Below, one piece after another: positions 53,946-64,000 of a DNA stretch of 64,000 nucleotides (its first letter is position 1; every line of letters begins with the position of its first letter). The DNA comes from an uncultured Nitrospiraceae bacterium. Its GTDB lineage: Bacteria > Nitrospirota > Thermodesulfovibrionia > Thermodesulfovibrionales > Dissulfurispiraceae. A program made the translations under genes and the position numbers. The notes under the pieces were generated by a model. It was not told the DNA's origin. It did no database searches and worked only from the letters and a program-made list of their open reading frames with translations. The stretch spans positions 32,001 to 96,000 of the forward strand of contig CAVPIW010000010.1 of NCBI GenBank assembly GCA_963705105.1. The letters run 5' to 3'.

Positions 53946-54434
53946 TTACTCGGACGATACGGAGATTTTCTTTGTCTCCGCCACTTCCTTTTCCGTCTTG
54001 GGAAGAACGATCATCAGGACACCTTTTTTGAAGGTCGCATCGATCTTGTCGCTGTCGATCTCACGGGGCAGGGGTATGGTCCTGGTGAAGGACCCGTAGG
54101 ATCTCTCCATCCTGTAATAATCCTTCCCCTTGTCCTCTTTTTCCTCTTTCTTTTCTCCCCTGATCGTCAGGGCATCCTTGCTCATGGACACATCGATGTC
54201 CTTCTCGTCCATTCCCGGAAGCTCCGCCGATATCTTGATTTCCTTGTCCGTCTCCATCACGTCGATGCGGGGGCTGAAAGTGCCGAGGCGACTTCCAAAG
54301 GGTTCGACATCGACTCCACGGAAGAAATTCTCGAAGAGTTCATTCATCTCCCGCTGCAGCAGGGCAAAGGGGTCATCCTCGCGCCGCACCTGCAGTCCTC
54401 TCTTGCCGAATGGCATCAAATCCCTGATTGACAT
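53946..54434 (-). CDS. Hsp20 small heat-shock protein
   Basis: AELPG, ERSYGSFTR, GVL. Confidence 0.93.
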   Translation of the reverse strand: MSIRDLMPFGKRGLQVRREDDPFALLQREMNELFENFFRGVDVEPFGSRLGTFSPRIDVMETDKEIKISAELPGMDEKDIDVSMSKDALTIRGEKKEEKEDKGKDYYRMERSYGSFTRTIPLPREIDSDKIDATFKKGVLMIVLPKTEKEVAETKKISVSSE

Positions 54435-54455
54435 GACTGCAACACCTCCTTTTCG

Positions 54456-54860
54456 TCACTTTCCTGCCGCAACGGGGATCTTCCGCGTTTTGGCGATTTC
54501 CGCCTTCGGCAGGATCAGGGTTAATACGCCGTTTTTCAGTGATGCCTGTATCTTTTCCTTGTCAACTTCGTCGGAAAGGGTGAAAGACCGCTGATAATCA
54601 CCGATGCCGTACTCCGATGCGACGAGACGGTGCTTCTCCGGTATTTCCGCCTCGACCTTGCCGTAGATCGTCAGGACGTTCTTTTCGAGGGTGATGTCGA
54701 CGGTCTGCTCATCCACGCCCGGCATGTCGGCGATGACGACGATGTCATCCTTGCGCTCCATGATGTCGACGAGGGGAGAATAGAGTCTCCTCGCCCTTGT
54801 GCGCTCGCTTCCTTCAGCGGCCGGCGCCTCCTTTTTCAGAATATCTCTTGCGTCCGCCAT
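54456..54860 (-). CDS. Hsp20 small heat-shock protein
   Basis: ADMPGV, YQRSFTL, NGVLTL. Confidence 0.92.
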   Translation of the reverse strand: MADARDILKKEAPAAEGSERTRARRLYSPLVDIMERKDDIVVIADMPGVDEQTVDITLEKNVLTIYGKVEAEIPEKHRLVASEYGIGDYQRSFTLSDEVDKEKIQASLKNGVLTLILPKAEIAKTRKIPVAAGK

Positions 54861-54878
54861 GAGAACACCTCCTCAGTT

Positions 54879-55307
54879 TTATTGAGCCTTGACGCTGATC
54901 TTTCGGGGTTTTTCCGCTTCCGCCCTGGGCAGTGAGATCGTCAGGATGCCTTTGACATACCGTGCGTCGACCTTTGCCGATTCCACGTCGAAGGGGAGTT
55001 CCAGGGTCCTTGTGAATTGTCCGCCCCACCGCTCTCTCCGGTGATATGACTCACCTTCCTTGACGCCATCAGGCTGACGGGACCCCTTCAGGGTGAGGTT
55101 CGAGCCGACAACGGATATGTCTATCGAAGCCGGGTCGACACCGGCTATCTCTGTCGTGACGATCACGTCATCCTCAGACATCCACATATTGGCTGCAGGG
55201 AACTCGTAGGCCACGGGCGACACTCGTGCGGCCGCCCTGTTCATCCGTTCGAACTCCCTCCAGGGATCAAAGAATCTGCCGAGTCTTTCGAGTTCTGACC
55301 ATAGCAT
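54879..55307 (-). CDS. Hsp20 small heat-shock protein
   Basis: RRERWGGQFTR, GILTISLP; ATG 55307 after GGAGG. Confidence 0.92.
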   Translation of the reverse strand: MLWSELERLGRFFDPWREFERMNRAAARVSPVAYEFPAANMWMSEDDVIVTTEIAGVDPASIDISVVGSNLTLKGSRQPDGVKEGESYHRRERWGGQFTRTLELPFDVESAKVDARYVKGILTISLPRAEAEKPRKISVKAQ

Positions 55308-55353
55308 TGTGCAAGACCTCCTTCCGGGTGGGCCGATGGCCCCAACCGAATAA

Positions 55354-55380
55354 TTAGCACTCTCATTCATCGAGTGCTAA
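55354..55380. promoter_or_regulatory. CIRCE element (HrcA operator)
   Basis: Perfect TTAGCACTC-N9-GAGTGCTAA. Confidence 0.97.
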
Positions 55381-55383
55381 TTC

Positions 55384-55412
55384 TTTATAAAACATTCTTC
55401 AGAAAATGTCAA
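55384..55412 (-). promoter_or_regulatory. Sigma70-type promoter of the hsp20 operon
   Basis: TTGACA-N17-TATAAA immediately upstream of CIRCE. Confidence 0.85.
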
Positions 55413-55564
55413 GAGGTTTGATTTGAATCATATCAAGAAAGCCTTCCCGTCAGGGAGTTCGTGGCCCCCTTTCGGCCGGCTATTCCTGAAGGCGTATGCG
55501 ACGATAAGGGACAATATTGGAGAACTGCGAAAGGCGTGAGATGCGCAATGACGGGCTGCCCGGT

Positions 55565-55951
55565 CTATTCCAGCGCTTTTGCAGCGGTGACGAAATACTC
55601 CGTTTCGCCGAAACAGTTTGTGGGGATGCCTTTGTGCTGCTCGTATGAGAGAACGACGCGCCTGCCTGCCAACTGGTTGAGCTGCTTCACCACAGCATCG
55701 TCGCGGACGCTGAAATAGAACTTCTCAGGCGTGGTGCCGGGAATAGCCACCATCAGGAGTTCTCCTTCCCAGGTCTTGCAGACCCAGCCCTTTTCCGAGA
55801 ACTTCTGGATATATCCCGCCCGTTCACCCCTCGAATAACTCCATGTCAGGGCGAACCACGTATACGCGACAGCGAGCAGCACGGGAACGATCAGGATGCC
55901 GACGGCGAGAAAAATCCAGCGTGATTTTCTTGTTTCCTGCGACCCTTCCAT
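55565..55951 (-). CDS. Membrane-anchored hypothetical protein
   Basis: N-terminal TM then YSRGERAG...KFSEKG...KTWEGEL. Confidence 0.8.
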   Translation of the reverse strand: MEGSQETRKSRWIFLAVGILIVPVLLAVAYTWFALTWSYSRGERAGYIQKFSEKGWVCKTWEGELLMVAIPGTTPEKFYFSVRDDAVVKQLNQLAGRRVVLSYEQHKGIPTNCFGETEYFVTAAKALE

Positions 55952-56187
55952 GGGTGAAATTATACCACAAAAAACCTGGACTTATGCCCACGCTGACATA
56001 AGTGATCAGGTCATGACTCTGCGCATACGAAAAAAAAGAGCCGTCATAGAATGTGCCGATTCGACATAGGGATGACTATACTCACTGATTTATTCTCATT
56101 TCTTCCCTGTCAAAAAATAGCAGTCATGACTCAACAATCAAGTATGATGCCCCCGGAATTCCAGAATTCTGGCACCGCTACGCCATA

Positions 56188-57583
56188 TATGATAACGTTC
56201 AGGACATCGTTAACTGTTTTTACGTTCAAGACATCGTTTACTCTCGTTCTTTGACATTGAAATAGCCACAGCCAGGTATATCATGAACACCCAATTCTTT
56301 TGCGGAGGTGTTCATGAAGAAGAATATCCTGCAGCAGAGAGTATTAGCAGTACGACGATACATAGAGGGCGAAAGTCCGCGAGACATCTGCTCTTCATTG
56401 GGAAAGACGAAGCCGTGGTTGTACAAATGGGTTGCACGGTACATTCCGGATGATCCGACATGGTTTGAAGATTGGTCCCGGCGACCTTTTACCAGCCCCA
56501 CACATACTCCTGAGGAGATCGAAAAGATCGCAGAGATGGTTCGGTTGAGCCTGTACAATAAAGGCGTCTTTTGCGGTAATCAGGCCATCCAGTGGGAGAT
56601 GATCGACATGGAGATCCAACCGCTCCCTTCCCTGAGCACCATCGGTCGTATCTTGCGCCGACTCGAATTGACTCATCGACGGACCGGGAGATATGAGCCC
56701 AAGGGGAAGAAGTATCCCGAACTTCCGGCGCTTTTGCCCAATCAAACGCACCAAGTTGATCTGGTTGGTCCCTGTTACCTTACCGGCCCAATCAAGTTCT
56801 GCAGCCTACATGCCGTTGATGCCGCAATCAACCGGTGTGGGATCGAGCCGATACCTTCACGCGCGGCGCAAAGCGTTGTGGATGCTGTTTACGCAATTTG
56901 GCTGCGGATGGGAATCCCGGAGAATCTTCAAGTGGACAACGAATGGGCCTTCTTTGGAAGTCCGGCGCACCCGCGAGGCATGGGTGCGCTTATTCGCCTT
57001 TGCCTGCGCTACGGCGTTCACCTCTGGTTCATTCCACCTTCGGAGCCATGGAGGAACGGGGTCGTCGAGAAATTCAATGATCATTATGAGCAGAAGTTTC
57101 TCGCCAAGGTCATGATGACCTCTAGGGAACAGCTTGACCAGGAATCGCTTGCGTTCGAGTATATGCACAACAGCACCTATCGCTATAGCAAGATCAAGGG
57201 AAAAACTCCTCTCAAAGCATTGGCTGACACAGAAAGGAAATTAATCTTCCCGAGCAAGAGTGATACCCCAAGAAATCCCTTGGATAAGCCGGAAGAGGGT
57301 TACTACCACTTCGTGCGATTCATTCGAAGCGATTGCCGGCTAAACATCTTCGGCGAAATGTTTCCTATTCCCCCGGAGACCCAGTACGAATACGACGTGG
57401 CTACTGTCGATGTCAAAGATCAAAAGCTGAAGCTCTTCCTGGACAGGCCCCAGGTCGAAGAATACAAATAGCAACTGCTGACTCATGATAAAGGTCACGG
57501 GCATCGTGAAATGCATCGCCCCAACGAGAGTAAACGATGTCCTGACCATTTCTTAAGCAAACGATGTCCTGAACGTTGTCACA
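56188..57583 (+). mobile_element. IS481-like insertion sequence
   Basis: Left end TATGATAACGTTCAGGACATCGTT vs right end (reverse complement) TGTGACAACGTTCAGGACATCGTT; second internal copy of the motif at each end. Confidence 0.85.
56308..57471 (+). CDS. DDE (rve integrase-core) transposase
   Basis: N-terminal HTH (WLYKWVARY), HQVD, QVDN, NGVVEKFN. Confidence 0.9.
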   Translation: MFMKKNILQQRVLAVRRYIEGESPRDICSSLGKTKPWLYKWVARYIPDDPTWFEDWSRRPFTSPTHTPEEIEKIAEMVRLSLYNKGVFCGNQAIQWEMIDMEIQPLPSLSTIGRILRRLELTHRRTGRYEPKGKKYPELPALLPNQTHQVDLVGPCYLTGPIKFCSLHAVDAAINRCGIEPIPSRAAQSVVDAVYAIWLRMGIPENLQVDNEWAFFGSPAHPRGMGALIRLCLRYGVHLWFIPPSEPWRNGVVEKFNDHYEQKFLAKVMMTSREQLDQESLAFEYMHNSTYRYSKIKGKTPLKALADTERKLIFPSKSDTPRNPLDKPEEGYYHFVRFIRSDCRLNIFGEMFPIPPETQYEYDVATVDVKDQKLKLFLDRPQVEEYK

Positions 57584-58733
57584 TATAAGCTTCGCCAGTC
57601 AGCAATAGTGAGGCTATCTCGGGTTTAGAACTGCGCAAATCATTGAGCGAAGTAATGTAGCGTTTTGGCTCTGCCTGTGGAATTGCGATCCCATAATTGT
57701 TTTCAGACGTGGGAGGTCTCACCTCAAAACAAGCCAAACCAACCCCTAACGTTATTAGTTTACTGCCCAGAGGGGTTACTACAAGTCGACACCCACCAAG
57801 CATGTTTAAGCTATCGCGGTAGCGACACATCGCCGAATACATCTGACGATAAGCCTCAAAGGGATTGTTTTCATGAGCATAGAGAATGTTAGTTGTCGGC
57901 ACCTTTCTCACCCCAAACAAAGGACGCATGTATTCCACCAGCAGTTTATCGCCTCTTCTCAGGTCATTGGAAGGATGCGGAACTACCGGGCATATTTCAG
58001 CAGTGTCAGGGATTACTGATACCATCACCTTTTCGAACTGACCCATACGATTTTCACCAAGAATGGGAAACCAAACAAGAGGCCAGTCTTGCATGCTCTC
58101 CGAATACAGAGCACTTGAATATCCAGGGATGAGCACCAGATCGTTGCTGGGATCGTCAGATTGTATACGCCCATCGAGCGAAGCATCTTGTCCAACAAGT
58201 ACTTGAAAGTTAATCCCCTTGGCCCCTAAGGCATCCGGAGTCTTAATAGGCATAACTTTGTGAAGAATGGCGGTCAAAAGAGTTAGATAAACGGTTCGTG
58301 GCAGAGAACTGACATCTAAGATAATGTCAGTCTGATCACCAACGTGCGACAACACTTTCATCATTCCAATCGAAAGTATGTTACTTGCACTAAGATCAGT
58401 TTCCTCGACCAGGGATGAGTCAAAACTGATTTCATGCACTGAGCCGATTTCCCGGAAAAGCTGTTGAATTTCTCGAGCGTTCTGCTCGGTCTGCTCAATG
58501 AGGGCATCGTCGAGTTCGTATCCTGTGAGGCCGACCAACAACAATCGAGCCTCCTCAACCTTGTGGCCGTTTGAGCGCATGTTTTGTAAAAACTCAGATA
58601 GCACTTTCTGAGCCCTCACGTCGAATCCTCGTCCACAGATGTACAACAAGCGAATAACACGATCTCTGAACAGGTCGTCCCACAGATCGTGTACGCTGTC
58701 ACCCATCCTAAAGACGTAATTCTTCCAGAGCAT
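57579..58733 (-). CDS. Hypothetical protein, possibly tandem Rossmann/CARF-like
   Basis: Long ORF coupled to the upstream gene; IILDVSSLPR and VTPLGSKL segments; fold call is inference. Confidence 0.7.
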   Translation of the reverse strand: MLWKNYVFRMGDSVHDLWDDLFRDRVIRLLYICGRGFDVRAQKVLSEFLQNMRSNGHKVEEARLLLVGLTGYELDDALIEQTEQNAREIQQLFREIGSVHEISFDSSLVEETDLSASNILSIGMMKVLSHVGDQTDIILDVSSLPRTVYLTLLTAILHKVMPIKTPDALGAKGINFQVLVGQDASLDGRIQSDDPSNDLVLIPGYSSALYSESMQDWPLVWFPILGENRMGQFEKVMVSVIPDTAEICPVVPHPSNDLRRGDKLLVEYMRPLFGVRKVPTTNILYAHENNPFEAYRQMYSAMCRYRDSLNMLGGCRLVVTPLGSKLITLGVGLACFEVRPPTSENNYGIAIPQAEPKRYITSLNDLRSSKPEIASLLLTGEAYM

Positions 58734-58735
58734 TC

Positions 58736-60661
58736 TTACTTCGCCTCCATTGTTTTGAAGCGAGGTGGCGCCTGCCGACCCTGTCGCATCCACTCAACTA
58801 TGTCTTCATTTCTCACATCCTGCCATCCTCCCATCTGCAACGGTAGCCCATAGTAGCTGCACAAAGTCCGATTCAGATAGAAAACAACTCCGCTCTCGCG
58901 GGAGGCCGACGCCGCGCTGTCGCGTTGAACCAGTAGATTCTCCGCAATGCATTCAGACAGCACATTTAAGAGGAGCTGATATTGTTCTGCCATCGGTCCA
59001 TTGGAAGAGCGCAATTCCTCAATCTTGCCATGAGATAGTCTTATGCCAGTGATTCCAGGAGCGTAAGGAGCATTCGGCAAAAACGTCCTTTCACGGCAGA
59101 ACATCCCAATACCGTCCAGAAGTCGTTGAGCTCTTGTCCCTTGTGTATGTGACCTGGGAATATAATCCCTCTTTCGCTTTGCCGCATCTTTCAGAAGTTT
59201 CTCTTGCTCATAAGTTGACAGTACAAGTTCCGAACGCCTTAGCAACTGCTTTGCCTGCAACCCTTCGTATAGGGCCGCTGCAAGTCCAAGCAATTCTTCG
59301 ACGTTGTTAGTCGCCATCATACATAACCTCTCGATACCAAAATAGTAAGGAATTTTGAGGTCGTCATTCATGAAGATTTCTGCCGCGCCTTGCACTTGGG
59401 AACTGTCGCGCTCTTCGAGCTCTTCAGATGAAAGGGGAACTAAGGACAACTGCCGTTTCGCCTCATTACGAGCGATAAGGATTCGCGTCGTATAAAGCTC
59501 CACCAATGCATCGAGGTCACTCTTAGCTGCGTAGCTATCTGCCTTGTTAAACCATTCTACATACTGCGTATCGGACCGATAGCGTTCTGTGATCTCATAA
59601 AACTATGCTATGCCTTGCTGGATCTCTCGACGAATCTCGTCATGCTGCAATTGCGAACGGAGGTATTGCGAAAAATTGCCCGAGGGAATCACATCTTGCG
59701 CAGCCAACCGCCTATCGAGGATATTCTGTGCGAAGGAGGCAAACTGATGCAGCCCTCGCATCGAGGTCCATAATTCCTCCAGATCGATCTCATTGGAGTC
59801 ACGACCATCTCGAGTGCCCTGCGACAACAATTCGATGCCCAGTGCGTTTCTTCGCTCAGCGATCCACACCGGAATACTTGGTCTTGATTCGATCAATTCT
59901 TGAATCAATAATGCCCTTTGGTTCCGGCGCAGTTTGTGTAAATCGTCTATCATGAGCAGTCTCTGAGGAGCTAGCATTTTCCCATCTCTAATAAATCTAA
60001 CTCCCTGGAGCCATAACAAGCTCTCAAATCGCACATGGGCTGGCATTTCACGCGATGTCGGTCCAGGAATTGCATCCAAATGGGCGTATACTTCTCGCTC
60101 ATATTGCTCAGCCCAAAGAGCGAGTTCACTTGCGGTATCTACTAACGGAATGGATTTAATGTCAATAGCCGCTCCGTCGTACTCAAGTTGGATGCCGTCG
60201 AGTTGGTCTACAGAAGAAAAGCCAACAAACAAAGATAAAGACCTTAAGGTGCGAAGCACAACCCGACAATCAAGCAATGCCCGAAAAAGCCCAGCTTGAG
60301 AAAAAGCTGCTCCAGGTGGCAAATCAGCGTATCCAGAGGCACAGGATAGAAGCACTCCCAATAGCTGCGGTCCTTCACCTTCACTTAACACACCTCGAGC
60401 AACGAGGCGTTGATACGATTCGTTCATTTCTGAGGATTTGCGCGCGTTCCAGAAAGCGCGCAGAGCCATAGGGGTGAAAGCGCGCAACAGGGTCGTCTTG
60501 CCAGCGACCGGGGAACTCCTGAAGATGTGAACGGCACCTTTGAATACTTCTTCGGGTAGTTTTTCAAGGATCTTCGGAGAAAAGAGACGTACAAATTCTT
60601 GATAGGAAGTGGTACGTTCGGACATACGATCTAAAAAGGGATTCGCCTGATACCTCATCAA
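58736..60661 (-). pseudogene. P-loop ATPase (ORC/Cdc6- or STAND-like) with one in-frame TAG at 59603-59605
   Basis: RSSPVAGKTT (degenerate Walker A), LLMIDD (Walker B); the frame stays open across the TAG into ORF 58736-59506. Confidence 0.75.
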
Positions 60662-61764
60662 AACTCCCTGTGTCGACTCACTCTGGGGAATAGGCCATGG
60701 AAGCGAAGAAACTCAGGCCCCCACAAAAGGTAAACCGAATTATTAGGAGTGTTGTGAGAAAGGACTAACGGAAGAGAGCATTTCGCAAATCCCCAGCGGG
60801 CATCAGTAGTTCCTCCAACGAGAATGTGTTTGTCAGAAGCTTTGTCATCGTAATAATTCGGATGAAGAATAATCTCTTCTAACTGGGGGACTGTTTCTCC
60901 TGTAAGGGCAGTTTCGGGTTCAATCGGACATAGCACCCTAAGCTGAAGAGGCTTGTAACCGTTCGGAGAAGTGAATTGCTCAGCCCAATACTCGATATGG
61001 TCCACCGCCTGACGCGTTGCAACATACAAAAGGAGAAATACCTCATAATGCGACGTATCGATCAAATCCCCACGATGCAATCTCTCATATATTTTCTTGA
61101 TATTGCCTTTGAATTTCTTCTCAGCGCTGTCAAAACGAATATACGTATAACCACTGCCGGAGAAATCATCAAGCAGCCAAATCATGTTGAAGCGTGGTTT
61201 GTTCGTTGAAAACCCAGCCTTTCCCAGAGTTTCCCCTAACTCTCGGGTCATGTCGCTCGCCTTTTCCTCGCCCAGTTCGTATGCTTGCCAGATCTGCTCA
61301 TTGCCGATGTCTCCTTCACTGGCACGACGGAGCTCATTTGTTCTCGCGCCATCACTAAGCCCCAGATATAGAGATTTTATGCTCAGTTCCGCGAACCGCC
61401 GCCCATGAACGATCGTTCCGATGCGATGGGGTGGTATATACATCTCCTCCGCGACGAGACGTATACGCTCCTGAAGAATCCAGTCTGGATATGCAGTCTG
61501 TACAAGGTGTGATAATTCCGCTGCGGAGATATAAATCAACCGATCCGTTACAAGATGCAGAGCTGTGGAGCGGTGCACACGGTCAAACTGATTGATCCAA
61601 TGCGACAGGCTTTCAATGAATCTTTTCACTGGGGCAAATTGCTCGTAATGGTCGTATTTGTAATCAGCCAACAACTGCAATTGAGGGATGTGCTCACTGA
61701 CGATCTCGGGATCATCACAGCTCATAACTTTAGCCAGCAGCGCTTGAGCATTTTGATCTTTCAT
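60658..61764 (-). CDS. Phosphoribosyltransferase-like protein
   Basis: WLLDDFSGSGYT PRPP-binding-like loop; HNTPNNS; ATGA overlaps on both sides. Confidence 0.75.
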   Translation of the reverse strand: MKDQNAQALLAKVMSCDDPEIVSEHIPQLQLLADYKYDHYEQFAPVKRFIESLSHWINQFDRVHRSTALHLVTDRLIYISAAELSHLVQTAYPDWILQERIRLVAEEMYIPPHRIGTIVHGRRFAELSIKSLYLGLSDGARTNELRRASEGDIGNEQIWQAYELGEEKASDMTRELGETLGKAGFSTNKPRFNMIWLLDDFSGSGYTYIRFDSAEKKFKGNIKKIYERLHRGDLIDTSHYEVFLLLYVATRQAVDHIEYWAEQFTSPNGYKPLQLRVLCPIEPETALTGETVPQLEEIILHPNYYDDKASDKHILVGGTTDARWGFAKCSLPLVLSHNTPNNSVYLLWGPEFLRFHGLFPRVSRHREF

Positions 61765-63733
61765 AGTGGAGTACCGACTTCTTCTCTCTTATAGTCTGTC
61801 AGACGGAGATAAAAAGAATTTTTATCTGTTGTAAATAAGCGTGTCAAATACCATAGAGTCGCGTCTACGTCTCGTTTATGAGGCGGGGCGAGCTTCCACT
61901 CACGGTCGATACTTAGAGATGGCACATCGACGCTCAAGGAGTACCGGTGCTCAAGCAGCGTTGAATCGTTTCCGGGCCAGGCACCCTGATCACCCATAGT
62001 CAAAATTTGATCCGGTTTAACTCTGAATTATTGAATGATTACCGTTATCAAGCGAGATTTGCTGATGTCTCTGGCTAATATGTCAATTGAATGCTTACTA
62101 AGCACCATCCTCGAAAAATCCAAACCCGCCTTGCGAAGTGCATCAGCTAACACAAACCACATGCTTTCGGTATTAATTCCTTCTTGAAACCGTATACTGA
62201 CTTGATAAGGTTGAGTCGGCTTGATTGTATCGATCGGGACCCCGAATGCTTGGAGCCCCCCCACGATTCGCACAGCATGGCTAAGGAATTCGCTTGTTTC
62301 TGTTCCTTCCGGCTGAGGCCTGCCAATATCCGATATCAGACCACAGCTATAAAGTCCCAGCCTAAATCTACTCCACAACGTCTGCGGCAGGAGTCTTGAC
62401 AGATGTTCCCGGATTGACCTTCCTCTGCCTGACGCTATGCTGATAATAATTCCTGCTTCGGCGAGCCGAATAAGTTGTTTAAGAACTGCGTCGGTCGGTG
62501 AAACATCCTTTCGCTGAGAACTGCATAGCGTCCCATCATAGTCAAATACGATAGCTTTGAACTCCTGTCGCTCAAGTGCTATTTTGTAAGCGTCGAGTTT
62601 ACGCTTCATGAAACCTTGTCGAAGAGTGGAAGGCCATCGTGCACCGAGAACCGCGTACTTCAAGTATTCGCGCTGGTCCAAAGTAACGGCACCGACACTA
62701 GTTTCTGAAGATCGGCATAATATAGATCCCTCCCAAATTGAGGGACGACTGGGTTCCCCGGGTCAACGTTCAGTTCTTTAGCTATATTCGCAACAAGGTG
62801 CATCTGTGCTACCAACCCCGCGATCAAATCCCACGGAGCGCTGCCTCCCGTATGCATGGTAAAGGTTGGCACTTCCGATGGCAGAATACGTTGCATATGT
62901 GACCACAGATCAGCCATAGATGGGTCAGTGAGAGCCAGGATAGCACAATCTGCAGGCCGAGTTGCTAACCAAAGATGGCGGCCGTGGGCAAATGAGCGAA
63001 TATCGGCTACTTGACAGTGCAGAAGCGCCGACTCAGCAAGCTTCGACTCAAGGTCTGCCGCGATTGCCCTCATAAAAGGTGAATAGATAATAATGATGTT
63101 CTCTCTTTTTGCGACTTCTTTGACAAACTCGTCAGCATGTTTGAGCCATTCAGTAATTTGTAACCCCGAGAGGGTGACTTGATTCAAATTATCAGGAAAT
63201 TGCTTCTTCTTCTGATCCAGTTCTCCATAGGCCCGGGCGACTACCACAGCATTCAACAATAGGCTGTTAGTTGCCAGATAACCATCTTTCTGAGCGAGCT
63301 TGAAATAATGAGTAGTGACATCGGTGAGGCTTTCAATACTTGCGACTAATGGGCTATTTTCTTGGTTTGTTATAACATGAATGCTGCGTGCACTGTGTCG
63401 TCTGGCTCTAAGCAACGCCTCTATGATGTCAGGGTTTTTCTCTTCGGCGGAGACCAAAAATACAGGGCTTGTTGCCGCCAGCGTGGGATTGCATATGATC
63501 TCAAGCGGCGTTGATGGTCTTGAAACCCTACCTGTATACGATTCGTGGAGATTACAAAGCAGCGATGCGATCGTGAAGGAACCGCCTGATCCCACGCCAA
63601 TAACGCTCAGGCCGCTCGCTCCGGCAATCGCTTTCTTGAGCAAGCTAACATCTGCCTCAAGCGCTGCGGAGTATGTTTCTCCTATCACCTCAAGTTCATT
63701 CTCATAGTGGTTTCTCGATCTTGGCAGCTGCAT
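61761..63733 (-). pseudogene. SIS (sugar isomerase)-HAD phosphatase fusion, frameshift near 62690 and in-frame TAA at 62028-62030
   Basis: GVGSGGS and FAHGRH (SIS); FDYDGTL, ASGRG, SK and MGDQG...GND (HAD motifs I-IV) spread over three ORFs. Confidence 0.75.
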
Positions 63734-63746
63734 AAGTCCCGTGTCG

Positions 63747-64000
63747 CTACCTATTGGCGCTAACGGCCTCTTGTGATATCATTTTTCTACAATTATTAAT
63801 TGTACGCTGTATGGGCCTGTTTTTAGAAGGGGTTCCTTTCCGCAACTCCGCTCGCAATTCCATCAGTAGAATGCCCAACATGTTCTGGCCCTTTCCGTTC
63901 ACCTCACCCCATATCCGGTTAATGGAATTGTCCACCGTGCCAGCCTCGACGAGCCGTGCATCTCGAGTTGAAAGTAGCAATTCGCATAGGTCGTCGTGTT
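63747..64000 (-). CDS. NADAR (YbiA-like) family protein, 5' end outside the window
   Basis: HDDLCELLLST...LVE...IWG...GQNMLGILLMELR. Confidence 0.8.
   Translation of the reverse strand, partial: HDDLCELLLSTRDARLVEAGTVDNSINRIWGEVNGKGQNMLGILLMELRAELRKGTPSKNRPIQRTINNCRKMISQEAVSANR

Noticed and set aside
55970..56187. tRNA or att site at the island boundary
   Set aside because: No cloverleaf, integrase or direct repeat is visible.
59603..59605. Pyrrolysine or amber read-through in the island ATPase
   Set aside because: The same operon also has a TAA and a frameshift, so decay or error is simpler.

Overview
GC-rich chromosomal segment of an anaerobic bacterium; gene style suggests Nitrospirota/Desulfobacterota (inference). 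It ends in a visibly more AT-rich accessory island (about 56.0-64.0 kb). Core content: aspartate/homoserine genes interleaved with a sulfur-carrier module (lysC, apgM-like, NIL, MoaD/CysO, JAMM, MoeB, TusA, hom), alaC-like aminotransferase, lipA, cold-shock protein, mazG, purC/purE, a P-type ATPase, htpX behind a yybP-ykoY riboswitch, a hybOABCD [NiFe]-hydrogenase operon, PAS histidine kinases, a sigma54 two-component pair, an OmpB-like multicopper oxidase/SCO/cytochrome c cluster, a DegP/Q protease, sfsA, ahcY, metK, asd, leuB, leuD, miaA, lpxK, an MNT-HEPN pair and three CIRCE-controlled Hsp20 genes. Main discoveries: (1) the hydrogenase large subunit has an in-frame UGA exactly at the second Cys of the N-terminal RxCxxC motif, followed by a SECIS-like hairpin, making it a candidate selenocysteine hydrogenase with Sec at the bridging position rather than the classical NiFeSe position; (2) a dense set of nested, modular palindromic repeats, two sitting in-frame inside genes; (3) a decaying NADAR / SIS-HAD / PRTase / P-loop ATPase / Rossmann-like operon next to an IS481-like element, a candidate nucleotide-centred defence system. 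Several frameshifts and stops occur in the window, so assembly error must be excluded for any claim resting on a single base.
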